Counted from the first letter of the stretch, positions 9,428 to 20,209 are shown. The stretch: DNA of 64,000 bases from Candidatus Bathyarchaeia archaeon (GCA_049515895.1 JBEKTQ010000010.1:32001-96000), one strand, 5' to 3'. A program made the numbers and translations. The notes: a model not told the origin generated them from the sequence alone.

Positions 9428-10486
9428 TTACGCTAAGCCTTTAGCCACATAGAGTTCAGCGCTCAAAATTCCTGCGCCTGCTCCGCCCCGAACCGTGTTG
9501 TGTCCTAGGCACATGTACTTGAAGGTCATTATCGGATCCTTACGTATCCTGCCGACAACTACGCTCATCCCGCAGCCCGTGTCACGGTCAAACCGCGGCT
9601 GAGGCCTGTTTTTTTCGTGCCTTACAACGATTGGATGTTTAGGGGCAGAAGGCAACTTCAACTTTTGAGGTTCGCCTTTGAAGTTGGCGAATGCAATTTC
9701 TACCTCTTCCACTGAGGTGTCGCGTTCGGTTTTAATGAAGATTGACTCTAAATGTCCATCTTTCACGTTGACTCGGTTGCAGCTTGCGCTAAGCTTGAAA
9801 TCAGCATTCTGAACTACCTTGCCATTGAATGCGCCGAGAATCTTGAGCGCTTCCGCTTCCATTTTTTCTTCTTCACCTGAAATGAAAGGAACCACGTTGT
9901 CAATTATGTCTAATGAAGCCACACCTGGATATCCGGCGCCGCTGAGGGCTTGCATAGTCGAAACGATAATCTGGGTTACGCCGAACGGCATCAGCGGCTT
10001 TAGGGTGATTGCAAGCTGAATGGTACTGCAGTTGGGATCCGTCGATATGAAGCCTTTCCAGCCCCGCAACTTCTGCTGAACCTTAACCAAATCAATGTGG
10101 TCAGGGTTGATTTCTGGAATAAGCAGCGGAACATCTTGCTCCATTCTATGCGCGCTTGCCTTGCTGAACACTGGGTAAAGTGCCGCAAACTCCGATTCGA
10201 CTGGACCCGCCAAGTCGCCTGGCAATGAAGAAAACACCAAGTCAACATTGCCTGCTTTCTCAACGGATTCAACGTCGGCATTTGCCACCGGCATTTCTGC
10301 AACTTCCTTTGGCAGGTTTGATTCCATAACCCAGTTGCAGGCCGCACCGTATTTTTTGCCTGCTGACCGCTCTGAAGCAGCAAGTACTTCAATTTGGAAC
10401 CACGGGTGTCCCTGAAGTAGTTGAATGAATCTTTGTCCTACGGCTCCCGTTGCACCTAAGACTGCTACTTTACGCTTATACGACAT
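9428..10486 (-). CDS. asd: Aspartate-semialdehyde dehydrogenase
   Basis: GATGAVGQRF, PNCST, QALSGAGYPG, HNTVRGGAG. Confidence 0.96.
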   Translation of the reverse strand: MSYKRKVAVLGATGAVGQRFIQLLQGHPWFQIEVLAASERSAGKKYGAACNWVMESNLPKEVAEMPVANADVESVEKAGNVDLVFSSLPGDLAGPVESEFAALYPVFSKASAHRMEQDVPLLIPEINPDHIDLVKVQQKLRGWKGFISTDPNCSTIQLAITLKPLMPFGVTQIIVSTMQALSGAGYPGVASLDIIDNVVPFISGEEEKMEAEALKILGAFNGKVVQNADFKLSASCNRVNVKDGHLESIFIKTERDTSVEEVEIAFANFKGEPQKLKLPSAPKHPIVVRHEKNRPQPRFDRDTGCGMSVVVGRIRKDPIMTFKYMCLGHNTVRGGAGAGILSAELYVAKGLA

Positions 10487-11645
10487 TTTCTATTGCTTCC
10501 TTTGCTCTTTTGATTTCGTTTTCTTCGATAAAAACATTGATGGTTGCCTTGCTAGTTGTAACCTCTATAATGTTGATTAACGCCTGACTTAGGGCATAAG
10601 CGATTTTTGCTATACCTCCTGGAGAGTCGATGAAGTCGGGGTCGCTGATTTGGATCATGGCAACATTTTCCCTGTGGCTCACAGCCTTAAAGTCTCTTAT
10701 CCCATGCAGTTGATTTAGAATTTGAGCCACGTCGCCATCCGTGGTAAAGATCGTAATCGATTTTCTTCCAGAGCTGACACCGTAAACTGGTTTTTCCTTA
10801 AGCTCTGAAAAGACTTCTCTGATGTTTTGCGCGTTAACTTCGCAGACAATGCTTACGGCAATTAGCCCTTGCTGTATCAAGGTTTCAGCGGAATCAAGAT
10901 TGAATGATCCAGTGATTTCCGTACCGCCTTCTGCAAGATTCCCTGAGTTGAAGTCCACTACTCTAAGGGTCTGATTTGCCAATTTATATTTGAGGGCTGC
11001 AGCTTTGACGATTTTTGCTCCGCCTTGGGCTAAATCGAACATTTCGTGTATTTCCAGCTTTTTAAGTGGCCTTGCGTCTGGAACTATTTTTGGGTCCGCG
11101 GATAGAACCCCACTTGTTTCTTTCACGAGAATGATTTGGTCTGCCAGTATGCATCTGGCAAGTAATATTGCCGACGTGTCGCTTCCGCCTCTTCCCAAAG
11201 TCGTGACTCTGCCCTGAGGATCTTTTCCAAGAAAACCGCACACCACAGGAATGACCTTGCCAAGGAGGGGCATAAGGAACTGTGCTGTCAAAGACGCGGT
11301 TTTTTCCAAGTCAGGTGTGGCGTTAAGAAAGTTTTGGTCAGTGATGATTGGCCAGTTATTAAATGCTGGGTCGAACACTTCAGCTTCTAGTCCTTGAGCT
11401 CTCAAAGCTGCGCAGAAAATTCTGGCACTTGTTCGTTCGCCCGTGGATATTATTTCTGCCCATTCAACATCGCTTACGCCTATCTGAGTGACTGTTTGGG
11501 TAAGGCTGTCTGTGGTTTTGCCCATAGCAGAAACCACAACGACGACTTCGTCAAAACGTGCTTCTGCGAGGAGCTTGGCTGCCCGCTGGATTTTTTCACC
11601 AGAAGATAAGTCACCCCCGCCGAATTTGACAACGACCCTAACCAA
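10476..11645 (-). CDS. lysC: Aspartate kinase
   Basis: VVKFGG, VVVVSAMG, TTLGRGGSD, ADPKIV, C-terminal ACT domain. Confidence 0.93.
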   Translation of the reverse strand: MVRVVVKFGGGDLSSGEKIQRAAKLLAEARFDEVVVVVSAMGKTTDSLTQTVTQIGVSDVEWAEIISTGERTSARIFCAALRAQGLEAEVFDPAFNNWPIITDQNFLNATPDLEKTASLTAQFLMPLLGKVIPVVCGFLGKDPQGRVTTLGRGGSDTSAILLARCILADQIILVKETSGVLSADPKIVPDARPLKKLEIHEMFDLAQGGAKIVKAAALKYKLANQTLRVVDFNSGNLAEGGTEITGSFNLDSAETLIQQGLIAVSIVCEVNAQNIREVFSELKEKPVYGVSSGRKSITIFTTDGDVAQILNQLHGIRDFKAVSHRENVAMIQISDPDFIDSPGGIAKIAYALSQALINIIEVTTSKATINVFIEENEIKRAKEAIENVV

Positions 11646-11657
11646 ACGGCATCGCCT

Positions 11658-12452
11658 TTACGATAAGCCTAACACATCAGCCATGTTGTAAACCCTTGGC
11701 TCGCTCTGCCTGCTCAACCATTCTGCCGCGTAAATAGCACCCTGCGCAAACACGTTTCGCGAAAACGCCGTATGCTCTATTCGCAGCATCTCATAAGGTC
11801 CTGCTACAATTAAGTCGTGAATTCCGGGGACTCCGCCTGCGCGCAACGCCGTGATTTCAAGTTCGCCAGGTTGGCGTGGGCTTATGCCTTCTCGTCCAGA
11901 AACAATTTTGGTATAGCCGCGGGTGTTGGCGACGATTTCCCCAAGCTTTTTGGCTGTTCCGCTTGGAGCATCCTTCTTGCCTGTATGGTGTATTTCGTTT
12001 ATGCTGAAGTCATACCCTTCCGGAAAAGTCTTCAAAGACTCTGCCAGCTTGAATAAGATGTTAACCCCTACTGAGTAGTTTGGTGAGAAGACTGCGGGAA
12101 TTTTGCCTGACATTGCACCTACGATTTCCCGGTTCTGTTCTGGAGTGAAGCCTGTGGTGCCTAGGATTACGCGTTTTCGAAGATTAGTCACGATTGGAAT
12201 GTTTACCATTTCGGCGGCTGGCGAGGTGAAACTTACGTATGTGTCAGCGTTTTGAATCGCCTCTCTCAGCCGATCGGGACCCATAATCTGCGTGTCTGAA
12301 CTGTAGATACCGAGGTCTCTTAGGGTTTTGCCAAGGCATGGATTATTTGGCGCCTCGATGGCTCCGACTATCTGGTGGCCTTTGAATGCTGCTTCTGTTA
12401 TGATGGCGTTTCCCATTCTGCCCGCGGCGCCTGCTACGCACAGCCTAAGCAT
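11658..12452 (-). CDS. dapB: 4-hydroxy-tetrahydrodipicolinate reductase
   Basis: GAAGRMG, GTTGF, EIHHTGKKDAPSGTA. Confidence 0.96.
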   Translation of the reverse strand: MLRLCVAGAAGRMGNAIITEAAFKGHQIVGAIEAPNNPCLGKTLRDLGIYSSDTQIMGPDRLREAIQNADTYVSFTSPAAEMVNIPIVTNLRKRVILGTTGFTPEQNREIVGAMSGKIPAVFSPNYSVGVNILFKLAESLKTFPEGYDFSINEIHHTGKKDAPSGTAKKLGEIVANTRGYTKIVSGREGISPRQPGELEITALRAGGVPGIHDLIVAGPYEMLRIEHTAFSRNVFAQGAIYAAEWLSRQSEPRVYNMADVLGLS

Positions 12453-13482
12453 AGAAGAGTCCTTCTAAGTAGCGTTCATTGTACAATCGGTCTTTCAAGT
12501 CTACGTCAAAGTAGTCTGCGATAGGCTGGAAAATTTCAGGGTTGTGCTCGTAAACTTTTCTGGCGTTCGTGAGGACCATTTCTAAACCGTTGCGGGTCAT
12601 TTTTCCCAGAGGCTGCCGGCATGGACCGGATGGCATTCCTAACACGTTCATTAGAGTCTTGTAAGCTAAGGGATTCCGGGCTTTGCAAGGGACGTTGCCG
12701 TAAGCTGATTGTTCCTGTGTCTTCACAGTGACAATGCTAAAGAGCGGCTGGAGTGCTTGAGCTATTACGCTGGCTGCTTCCTCGTTTCCGTCCAACAAAT
12801 AATGAACCATGTCAACAATAGAACTTGGAGCAACATTAGAGACGACTGAAATGACCCCGCTTGCTGAAATGTCTGGCGAAATCATCATGGTGTAGGTTTT
12901 GTCGTCGTCGCCTGAAAGGATGTCAAAGTCTTCGCCACAGAATTGTCTTGTCAGCTCGGCGTTTTTCAAGTCACAAGTAGCTTCCTTTACGCAACTGACG
13001 TTTGAGTACTGCTGGTGTAGAATGGCGAGGTCTTGTGGGTAGAGTTGGGTTCCCGTTCTGCCCGGGATAATGTATGGGATGATTTGGACTTCTGGAAACT
13101 GCTTTGCTATAGGCTCAATGTATTCCCTTCGTATCTCCAACGAACTTGGACCATTATAGTAGGGGTCAACGAGCAGAACACAATTCACGCCCGTGCGCTG
13201 GGCATGTTCTGTGCCTTCGATGGACTCCTGAGTTGAGTTGCTTCCTGTTCCCGCGATAGTCAAGACTCTCGGACTTGCGTACTCATGAATCTTTTCGATT
13301 ACCCGATTGTGTTCACTCCAATCTAAGGTGGGGCTTTCACCAGTTGTGCCGACGGCAAGTATGCCTTTTGCACCTTGATCTATTTGGAAATCTGCTAGTT
13401 GATGTAATCCTTCATAATCCACTTGGCGATTTGGGGTCATAGGAGTTATTAAGGCGGTATAACAACCACTAAATCTTGCCAT
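12445..13482 (-). CDS. dapA: 4-hydroxy-tetrahydrodipicolinate synthase
   Basis: TALITP, GTTGESPTL, GTGSNST, PYYN, KEA, LSGDD, GVISVVSN. Confidence 0.94.
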   Translation of the reverse strand: MARFSGCYTALITPMTPNRQVDYEGLHQLADFQIDQGAKGILAVGTTGESPTLDWSEHNRVIEKIHEYASPRVLTIAGTGSNSTQESIEGTEHAQRTGVNCVLLVDPYYNGPSSLEIRREYIEPIAKQFPEVQIIPYIIPGRTGTQLYPQDLAILHQQYSNVSCVKEATCDLKNAELTRQFCGEDFDILSGDDDKTYTMMISPDISASGVISVVSNVAPSSIVDMVHYLLDGNEEAASVIAQALQPLFSIVTVKTQEQSAYGNVPCKARNPLAYKTLMNVLGMPSGPCRQPLGKMTRNGLEMVLTNARKVYEHNPEIFQPIADYFDVDLKDRLYNERYLEGLFYA

Positions 13483-13630
13483 TTCGAATTCCTCATTTTA
13501 GCTGAAACAATCACGTGTGTGTCATATTTAAGTGTTACGTTTTCATCATATTTTTTACTAAAATCGTAAAAACTATTTATCAAAAACCACGAACAAACAG
13601 AAATGCATCTCATCTCCCTTCCCAAATTCT

Positions 13631-13939
13631 TCAACAAACCAGTGACGCCACATGATATGCAGTAAAAACGCCCTCATAAGCGTTGTAAAGCTGCCGTAAA
13701 TAAACAACCGCTTCCTCGACAGTGACGGCGGAAGGTATTATCATCCTGTAATTATTACTTTGTACAACCTCTTCAATACTTCCCATTTGCTTCTTCGTTA
13801 TTTTCATGCGCAGAACTCTGCGACCTGACAGGTAAACTGCAATTTCCCCGCGCAGTGGCTCCCCTTTTCGGACGTCAATTGTTTTTTTACCAGTTTTTAA
13901 CCATTCGAACGCTTCTTTCTTTGTACGGAAAACGGGCAA
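13631..13939 (-). CDS. ASCH/PUA-like domain protein
   Basis: FEWLKTGKKTIDVR matches the ASCH GxKxxxxR motif; likely start is TTG at 13939 (track ORF extends to 14005). Confidence 0.7.
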   Translation of the reverse strand: MPVFRTKKEAFEWLKTGKKTIDVRKGEPLRGEIAVYLSGRRVLRMKITKKQMGSIEEVVQSNNYRMIIPSAVTVEEAVVYLRQLYNAYEGVFTAYHVASLVC

Positions 13940-14044
13940 GCGAGCACCAAAATGAAGCATTAAGAAGACTGAAAAATAAGCTTTAAGTAGAAACTCGAAT
14001 AGCAAATGGAGTGTGAAAAAATGGGTGGAACGAGAAGATTCGGT

Positions 14045-14242
14045 TTAACCTTTGCCCTTCTCTTCTTTACCGAAGTACTTGGTCCATTTCAGTTTGCGTG
14101 CGTCGCGTTTGAATAGTAATGAGCTTTTCTTGCACTTGCCAGAATCGAACCATAGAATTGACCCATCGTTTTTAACGTACATCATGCCTGTCCCAGCTGG
14201 AAAATCAGCCCCACAGAACGAACACTTACGGTTTTTCGGCAT
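14045..14242 (-). CDS. rpl24e: 50S ribosomal protein L24e
   Basis: CSFCG...GTGMMYVKNDG...KC...RKLKWT. Confidence 0.96.
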   Translation of the reverse strand: MPKNRKCSFCGADFPAGTGMMYVKNDGSILWFDSGKCKKSSLLFKRDARKLKWTKYFGKEEKGKG

Positions 14243-14263
14243 AGAAATTTTCTCCTAAACAAT

Positions 14264-14482
14264 TTACCTGGTGATTTTCTTTGCTTCTCTTTCTGTCTCT
14301 CTCAGCATCAGAATATCTTGAACTCGCACTGGCCCTTTAACGTTGCGCGTTATTATTCTGCCCTTGTCTTTGCCTTCCATGATGCGCACTCGAACCTGCG
14401 TAATTTCGCCAGTTACGCCTGTTCGACCTATAATTTGTATGACTTCAGACGGAATAAGTTCTTCAGCGGACTCTTTGCTCAT
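14264..14482 (-). CDS. rps28e: 30S ribosomal protein S28e
   Basis: [28 protein letters not shown]. Confidence 0.97.
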   Translation of the reverse strand: MSKESAEELIPSEVIQIIGRTGVTGEITQVRVRIMEGKDKGRIITRNVKGPVRVQDILMLRETEREAKKITR

Positions 14483-14862
14483 TACTGAGATCCTCGTTTA
14501 ACCTGGTCAATCCGAGTGATGATTTCTTTGATTAATCCGGTGGCTTCGCCTTCCCTGAGAATGCATGCTGCTGCGCATGGGACATCGATGCCTAACGCGT
14601 TGCCGAGCTTGATCTTTTCCGGGACGAAAACGTACGGAATCTTTCTTTCGTCGCAGAGAAGTGGCAGATGCGCTACGACTTCTGGCGGATCTACATCTTC
14701 CGCTATTACAACAAGTTTTGCTTGGGCTCGTTCAACAGCTTTTGTTGCCTCGTTTGTTCCCTTCCTAACTACTCCAGATTTAGAAGCAATCGATAGGGCT
14801 TCATAGGCTGCATCTACGATTTCTTTCGGTACTTCATATTTTACATAAAATGGTTTGGACAT
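14482..14862 (-). CDS. rpl7ae: 50S ribosomal protein L7Ae
   Basis: [28 protein letters not shown]. Confidence 0.97.
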   Translation of the reverse strand: MSKPFYVKYEVPKEIVDAAYEALSIASKSGVVRKGTNEATKAVERAQAKLVVIAEDVDPPEVVAHLPLLCDERKIPYVFVPEKIKLGNALGIDVPCAAACILREGEATGLIKEIITRIDQVKRGSQ

Positions 14863-15024
14863 ATTAGCCTCACCCTTTTAAGGCACAGTTTTATCCACAC
14901 TTCTTATTTAAGAAGCTTTCGACTCGAAAACTCAAGGAATTATCGTACCCCTTATAAACACTTTAGAAAGCTTTAAATAAACATCTACGGTCACCTACAT
15001 GTTTTCGAGAGGGGAATTGCGCGT

Positions 15025-15267
15025 TTGCAAAAATTGGGAAGAGTGCGGGCGTTAACTCCATCTAAAAACATTATTGTGAAGACAGAAAAAGCGCCAAAAA
15101 TCGGCGTGGAAGTTATTGATGAGAACCTCAAGGTTGTTGGCAAGGTTTTCGATATTATAGGTCCAGTGTCTTCTCCTTATGCAGTGGTTAAACCGACAGT
15201 TGGTGAACCGGTTAAACTATTGAATAAGCCAGTGTACTTGCTTCTCTCGAAAGCAATGAGGAGCTAA
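15025..15267 (+). CDS. gar1: H/ACA RNP subunit Gar1
   Basis: VGKVFDIIGPVSSPYAVVK; lies upstream of tfb, a conserved arrangement. Confidence 0.9.
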   Translation: MQKLGRVRALTPSKNIIVKTEKAPKIGVEVIDENLKVVGKVFDIIGPVSSPYAVVKPTVGEPVKLLNKPVYLLLSKAMRS

Positions 15268-15272
15268 AATGA

Positions 15273-16238
15273 ATGATTGAAGATAGCAAGATACATGAAG
15301 AACCCGACCTATCTGCAAAAACAGAACCCCCCAAGATACAATCATGCCCTGAATGCGGCAGCACCCGACTTATGCGCGATTACGAATGCGCTGAAATAGT
15401 ATGCATGGACTGCGGCATCGTGGTGCAGCAGAAAATAGCTGACCGTGGACCTGAATGGAGGGCGTTCGACGATGAGCAGAGGTCGAAAAGAACCAGGGTT
15501 GGAGCCCCCTTAACCTACACAATCCATGATAAAGGTCTATCAACAACCATCGATTGGCACGATCGCGACATCTACGGCAAAAGCCTCTCGCCAGGGCAGA
15601 AAGCTCAGGTTTACCGTCTTAGAAAATGGCAAAGACGCATCAGAGTTTCAGATGCGACAGAACGAAACTTGGCGTTTGCACTCTCCGAAATAACAAAGAT
15701 TTCCAACAACTTGAATCTACCAAAAAACATTCTTGAAACAGCCTCAGTAATCTACCGAAAAGCAGTAAAAGAACGTCTGATCCGAGGCAGGTCAATTCAG
15801 GGTGTTACTTCAGCAGCACTTTACTTAGCATGCAGGCAATGCGCTTTACCGCGCACCTTAGATGAAATCGCTCAAGCGTCAAGTGTAAACAAGAAAGAAG
15901 TTGGGAGAAGCTACCGTTTTCTGATAAGAGAACTAAACTATTCGATCCCACCGCTGAGGCCAAGTCAGTATATAACAAAGTTTTCGAACCAATTAACTAT
16001 GCAGGGGAAAGTTGAAGAAATCGCCCACAAAATCCTCGCAGCAGCGAAAGAACTAAAGCTTACATCAGGCAGAGGACCAACAGGAATAGCAGCGGCAGCG
16101 AGTTACGTGGCGTCGGTCTTGACGGGTGAACGAAAAACTCAGAGAGAAATCGCTGAAATTGCGCAGGTAACTGAGGTCACCATTAGGAACAGGTATAAAG
16201 AACTCGTTGAACGGTTGATGTTCCAGATAAGCATTTGA
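15273..16238 (+). CDS. tfb: Transcription initiation factor IIB
   Basis: Zn ribbon CPECG...[38 protein letters not shown]. Confidence 0.98.
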   Translation: MIEDSKIHEEPDLSAKTEPPKIQSCPECGSTRLMRDYECAEIVCMDCGIVVQQKIADRGPEWRAFDDEQRSKRTRVGAPLTYTIHDKGLSTTIDWHDRDIYGKSLSPGQKAQVYRLRKWQRRIRVSDATERNLAFALSEITKISNNLNLPKNILETASVIYRKAVKERLIRGRSIQGVTSAALYLACRQCALPRTLDEIAQASSVNKKEVGRSYRFLIRELNYSIPPLRPSQYITKFSNQLTMQGKVEEIAHKILAAAKELKLTSGRGPTGIAAAASYVASVLTGERKTQREIAEIAQVTEVTIRNRYKELVERLMFQISI

Positions 16239-16321
16239 CCGCTCTTTTCTATTTTAGATTTGCAGCGGTGAGGATTTAGACGGCGACTAATTCTAACGGA
16301 AAAACGGCACAAGCACCGAAA

Positions 16322-16558
16322 ATGGAAGAGCTGGTTTGTAAGCTTAGAGAAATACAGGTTGAACTTAGACACAGTATAGATGATCTGCATCAGAAACTCG
16401 AAGCATTTAATTCTGAGCCTCAATTGTTGACTAGCCTAGAGACTGCCAAGAATAACGCAGAAGCAAGAGCCAGCAGTCTTGAAGCCGAAGTCAAGCGTCT
16501 TCGTGAAGAGCTTAAATCCATCAGAGACTTCTTAGAACCCAACGGCGACAAAAAATAA
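16322..16558 (+). CDS. Small coiled-coil hypothetical protein
   Basis: Heptad pattern (LEAEVKRLREELKSIRDFL). Confidence 0.65.
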   Translation: MEELVCKLREIQVELRHSIDDLHQKLEAFNSEPQLLTSLETAKNNAEARASSLEAEVKRLREELKSIRDFLEPNGDKK

Positions 16559-16617
16559 TCTCTCTAATTTCACTCAATTAACACAGTTATTTTTTTAAGC
16601 AGCCTGATAGCTTACCT

Positions 16618-17238
16618 ATGCATATGCCCTATAAATTTAACTTCGACCTGTCAAAGGTCCCGCTTTTCTTCTTCACCGAAATTGCGACTGTTAGTTACCA
16701 AAAGGGCATGCATAAAACGCTAATTAGAAAATTGCAAGAAATTATTTTAAAGTTTAGAATACAAGAAGCCACTGGACTTAATCTTTCTGATTCCTTAGTT
16801 TTACTTCAGGATCTGATTGATTTACAAGCAGTAAACATGATAGAGCGACGCAAATTCTTACAGACCAAGAAAAGAGCTCTCTTTCTTTCTCACTGCACAA
16901 GAAAGTACTTAGATGGCCGTTGCAAAGCAGTTTTTAACTCAAATATCCCGTCCTATTCATGCACTCATTGTTCAGAAGACTGCCTAGTTAACCAGTCTGA
17001 CCGCTTGGCTCGACAAAAGGGATACGACGTTTACGTGGTGCCGGGTGGTTCCTGTATTCCCAAAATTCTGAAAAATACACGTTACGAAGGCGTGGTGGGA
17101 ATTGCATGTGGAGAAGAAATGAAAGTTTTAGGGCCTCTCTTGAACAGTTTGGATGTGGCTGGACAAGCTATACCGTTGCTAAAAAATGGCTGTGCAAACA
17201 CCGTTTTTAACATGGAAACGCTCGTAAAAGTTCTCTAG
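16618..17238 (+). CDS. DUF116 family Cys-rich protein (copy 1)
   Basis: RALFLSHC, CTHCSEDC, VYVVPGGS, VGIAC, PLLKNGC. Confidence 0.85.
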   Translation: MHMPYKFNFDLSKVPLFFFTEIATVSYQKGMHKTLIRKLQEIILKFRIQEATGLNLSDSLVLLQDLIDLQAVNMIERRKFLQTKKRALFLSHCTRKYLDGRCKAVFNSNIPSYSCTHCSEDCLVNQSDRLARQKGYDVYVVPGGSCIPKILKNTRYEGVVGIACGEEMKVLGPLLNSLDVAGQAIPLLKNGCANTVFNMETLVKVL

Positions 17239-17331
17239 TTCACGCTTTATACGTGCTAAAACAAAACTGCGTTTCTATATGCGAATGCAAGGGATATTTT
17301 TTTAAGTTTGGCTCTTTATTCATCTTGAATT

Positions 17332-17946
17332 ATGCCCTATAAGTTTACTTTCGACATTTCCAAGGCTCCACAACACTTTTTCATAGAACTTGCCGTTGTC
17401 AGCAATCAAATGGGGATGCAGAAGGTTTTAGAGAAAACCCTTCAGTCATTAATCAGAAAATTCAGAATCCAGGAAGTTTCGGGACTTGACATCCAAGATG
17501 CCGTGGTGTTGATTCAAGATCTCATCAAAATGCAAACTTTGAATTTGATACAAAAACAGGAATTTTTGCGGACCGGGAAAAGAGCTCTGTTGCTTCCCCA
17601 CTGCAGTAGAAAATACATGGACAGCCGATGCAAAGCCGTTTTTGATACAAACTTGACCTCCTACGTTTGCAGTCATTGCTCACCTGATTGTTATGTCAAC
17701 AAGGCGGAACGTATTGCACGAGAAAAAGGATACGACGTTTACGTACTATCTGGTGGTTCTTGCATGCCTAATATTTTGAAGCAGAGAAAGTACGAGGGCG
17801 TTGTGGGAGTTGCATGCGGTCCAGAAGTTGTCATGTCTGGCGAAAAGTTGAGCAGTATAGGCGTGGCTTGGCAATCTGTACCATTGTTAAAGAACGGCTG
17901 TGCAAACACCATTTTTAATATGGAAACACTCGTGAAAGTGCTCTAA
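17332..17946 (+). CDS. DUF116 family Cys-rich protein (copy 2, tandem paralogue)
   Basis: RALLLPHC, CSHCSPDC, VYVLSGGS, VGVAC, PLLKNGC; ends FNMETLVKVL like copy 1. Confidence 0.85.
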   Translation: MPYKFTFDISKAPQHFFIELAVVSNQMGMQKVLEKTLQSLIRKFRIQEVSGLDIQDAVVLIQDLIKMQTLNLIQKQEFLRTGKRALLLPHCSRKYMDSRCKAVFDTNLTSYVCSHCSPDCYVNKAERIAREKGYDVYVLSGGSCMPNILKQRKYEGVVGVACGPEVVMSGEKLSSIGVAWQSVPLLKNGCANTIFNMETLVKVL

Positions 17947-18131
17947 TCCGATTGCCTTCGAATCCTTTGCAATGGATTTTGCTGCAACCATTTCAGTTAC
18001 TGCAAATTCTTCAATCACTCGGAGACCCCTATTATAAAAAGTGGTATGGTTTAGTTTTCAAAAATCAGATAACAACATTAATATAACAAAAATCTTTAAG
18101 CTCCAAGTTAACACGCTAGGAGGACTATCTA

Positions 18132-18539
18132 ATGGCACATAAAAAAGTTGAAACAAAAACTAAAAAAGTTGAGTTCAAACGAGTTAGTTCGCCTAAAGCG
18201 ACAAAAACTTCACACTACGCTTTTTTGACCATCGAGATTACACTTGACGGAGAACCTGACCAAGATTGGATAGAGTGCTTCAAGAATCCTGCAACTTTTA
18301 TTCCAGATGAGGCGCATCCGTTTAACGCCTCTGTCATCGGTAACCGTATCACTTTTACATCATTTCGGACCAATGTTAGAACTAATGTGGTATGGATGGA
18401 CAAATACATACAGCAAGCAAATGAATGTTACAAAACCATGGATGCTATGTATACTGCAGAAGAAAAAAACCGACAAAAAAGAGAGCAAGCCGAGCAGGAA
18501 GAGCTTGACAAAATAAACGAAATGCTCAAAGACCTTTAG
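18132..18539 (+). CDS. Hypothetical protein
   Basis: 135-aa ORF with a GGAGG SD and an upstream TTTAAG TATA-like box. Confidence 0.65.
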   Translation: MAHKKVETKTKKVEFKRVSSPKATKTSHYAFLTIEITLDGEPDQDWIECFKNPATFIPDEAHPFNASVIGNRITFTSFRTNVRTNVVWMDKYIQQANECYKTMDAMYTAEEKNRQKREQAEQEELDKINEMLKDL

Positions 18540-18896
18540 CCATTTTTCTTAACTTTTTTCCATCCTAAACTAAGTAGCTTAATGGCGGTCAGTAACCTCA
18601 ACAAACTTGACAGTATCGAGTTTAAGCCAGCCCTAAATCCAGCATCACTCAAAATAACTATGAATTAGCCCGCAAGGATCCTTAGATATCCGCTCTCCCT
18701 TTTTAACAATGAAATACAGCTGTTCACGGTTTAGTTGTGGCTGACATCAAAATCCATGAACTGATTACAAAAACCTAGAAGACTTGACTTTTCACAAGAG
18801 TTTCAGTTCTTAAAACATATAGTGCCTAAAACCATAAATCAGAAAATAAGTAAAATAAGAAAAGTAATATGACTTTTTTTAACCTACAAGTTTAAC

Positions 18897-19058
18897 TTAC
18901 TTTACTATTTCTCGTTTCTTCCAGCGTAGGTTTTTGCCTTTGCATTTTCTGCATTTAGTTGCGGTCTCGGCGTTTCTTGCACCGCAGTCTCTGCAGATTT
19001 TCATGTAAAGCCTGTGCTTCTGCGCGATGGCTTTTTTAACTGGATCTAATATCGGCAT
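18897..19058 (-). CDS. rpl40e: 50S ribosomal protein L40e
   Basis: Below the track cutoff. MPILDPVKKAIAQKHRLYMKICRDCGARNAETATKCRKCKGKNLRWKKREIVK. Confidence 0.95.
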   Translation of the reverse strand: MPILDPVKKAIAQKHRLYMKICRDCGARNAETATKCRKCKGKNLRWKKREIVK

Positions 19059-19152
19059 TTTGTTGTTGACCTTCCATTTTGGCTAAGTCTTTGATGCTTA
19101 AGTATCAAATATACCTTTTTGTCCCAGCCTGCAATTTGCCAAAAGAAGAGTG

Positions 19153-19620
19153 CTATTTGATTTCTTCAATTGTGACGTAAGATCGTGTATCTTCAATTCC
19201 GTCGATGCTGTACAGTTTCTTCAGGACATCATCTAAGTTGTCTCGCTCGACGATGATCAAGGCGTCTACTTCTCCAGCTATTCGGAAAGCTCTGGAAACA
19301 GCAAGCTCTCGGATTTGGTCATAAACGTGTATGCGTTTGAATGGTGAAACTTTCAGGAGGATAAAAGCGGGGGTTGTGGATATCCCCAAAGCGTTTAACC
19401 CTTTGTCGGTGACGTCTATGAAGCCTCTGCCGGTGCGGATGTAACCGCGGCTTTTGAGTTTACGCAGATGCACGTTTAACGCTTGCCTACTTACGCCTAA
19501 TTGGCTTGATAACTCGTCTTGTTTCACTCTCAGCGTGTACGTGTTTGTGGATTTTCCTTTTTCATAGAGAGTTTTTAAAAGCTGTATCGAACGTTTAGTT
19601 AGTGGTTCCAAATTGGTCAC
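19153..19620 (-). CDS. Lrp/AsnC-type winged-HTH regulator
   Basis: QDELSSQLGVSRQALNVHLRKL HTH plus a C-terminal RAM-like domain. Confidence 0.82.
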   Translation of the reverse strand: MTNLEPLTKRSIQLLKTLYEKGKSTNTYTLRVKQDELSSQLGVSRQALNVHLRKLKSRGYIRTGRGFIDVTDKGLNALGISTTPAFILLKVSPFKRIHVYDQIRELAVSRAFRIAGEVDALIIVERDNLDDVLKKLYSIDGIEDTRSYVTIEEIK

Positions 19621-19885
19621 TTTAGTGATGTTTTGTTAAGTTAAACCTTTACAATAGTGAGAGGTTGCTTAAATAATTTAATGCCTAAAATCAAGCAAAA
19701 GAGTTAGCGCTCAAAAAGATTGAGAGACAACTAATCATCACTGATTAAAAAACTGCAAAACTCCCGTCTAAAAAACTAATTTGCAAATTACACCGGGAAG
19801 ATACAGCTTGCACCACAACCTATTTATTTTTAAAGAAATCTTTACTGAAGCCACTTAAAAAGTGAACTAGGAGTGAAGCGAGGGC

Positions 19886-20164
19886 GTGCCCGAAGTCAAC
19901 GCGGTCTTAATTGGAAAAAAACCAATAATGAACTATGTCCTTGCATGCATCACGTTCTTCCATGGCGGAGCAAAAGAAGTAAGCATTAAAGCACGGGGGA
20001 GATCCATCTGCCGAGCAATAGATGTGGCGGAAGTTCTCAGGCACAGGTTTCTCCCAGACGTAAAGATCAAGAGCATCGGAATCGGAACGGACCTACTGCT
20101 GTCACAAGAGGAAGGTAACTCAGCGACTAACGTGAGCACAATTGAAATAATGTTGATGAGGTAG
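19886..20164 (+). CDS. albA: DNA/RNA-binding protein Alba
   Basis: [35 protein letters not shown]. Confidence 0.95.
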   Translation: MPEVNAVLIGKKPIMNYVLACITFFHGGAKEVSIKARGRSICRAIDVAEVLRHRFLPDVKIKSIGIGTDLLLSQEEGNSATNVSTIEIMLMR

Positions 20165-20209
20165 TTACGCGACAGCAACACTCCTTATTTGCAGGAAAAA
20201 AGACACGCA

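Noticed and set aside
18586-18650. Possible minus-strand C/D sRNA (GTGATGC...CTGA)
   Set aside because: No clear internal boxes, terminal stem or recognisable target
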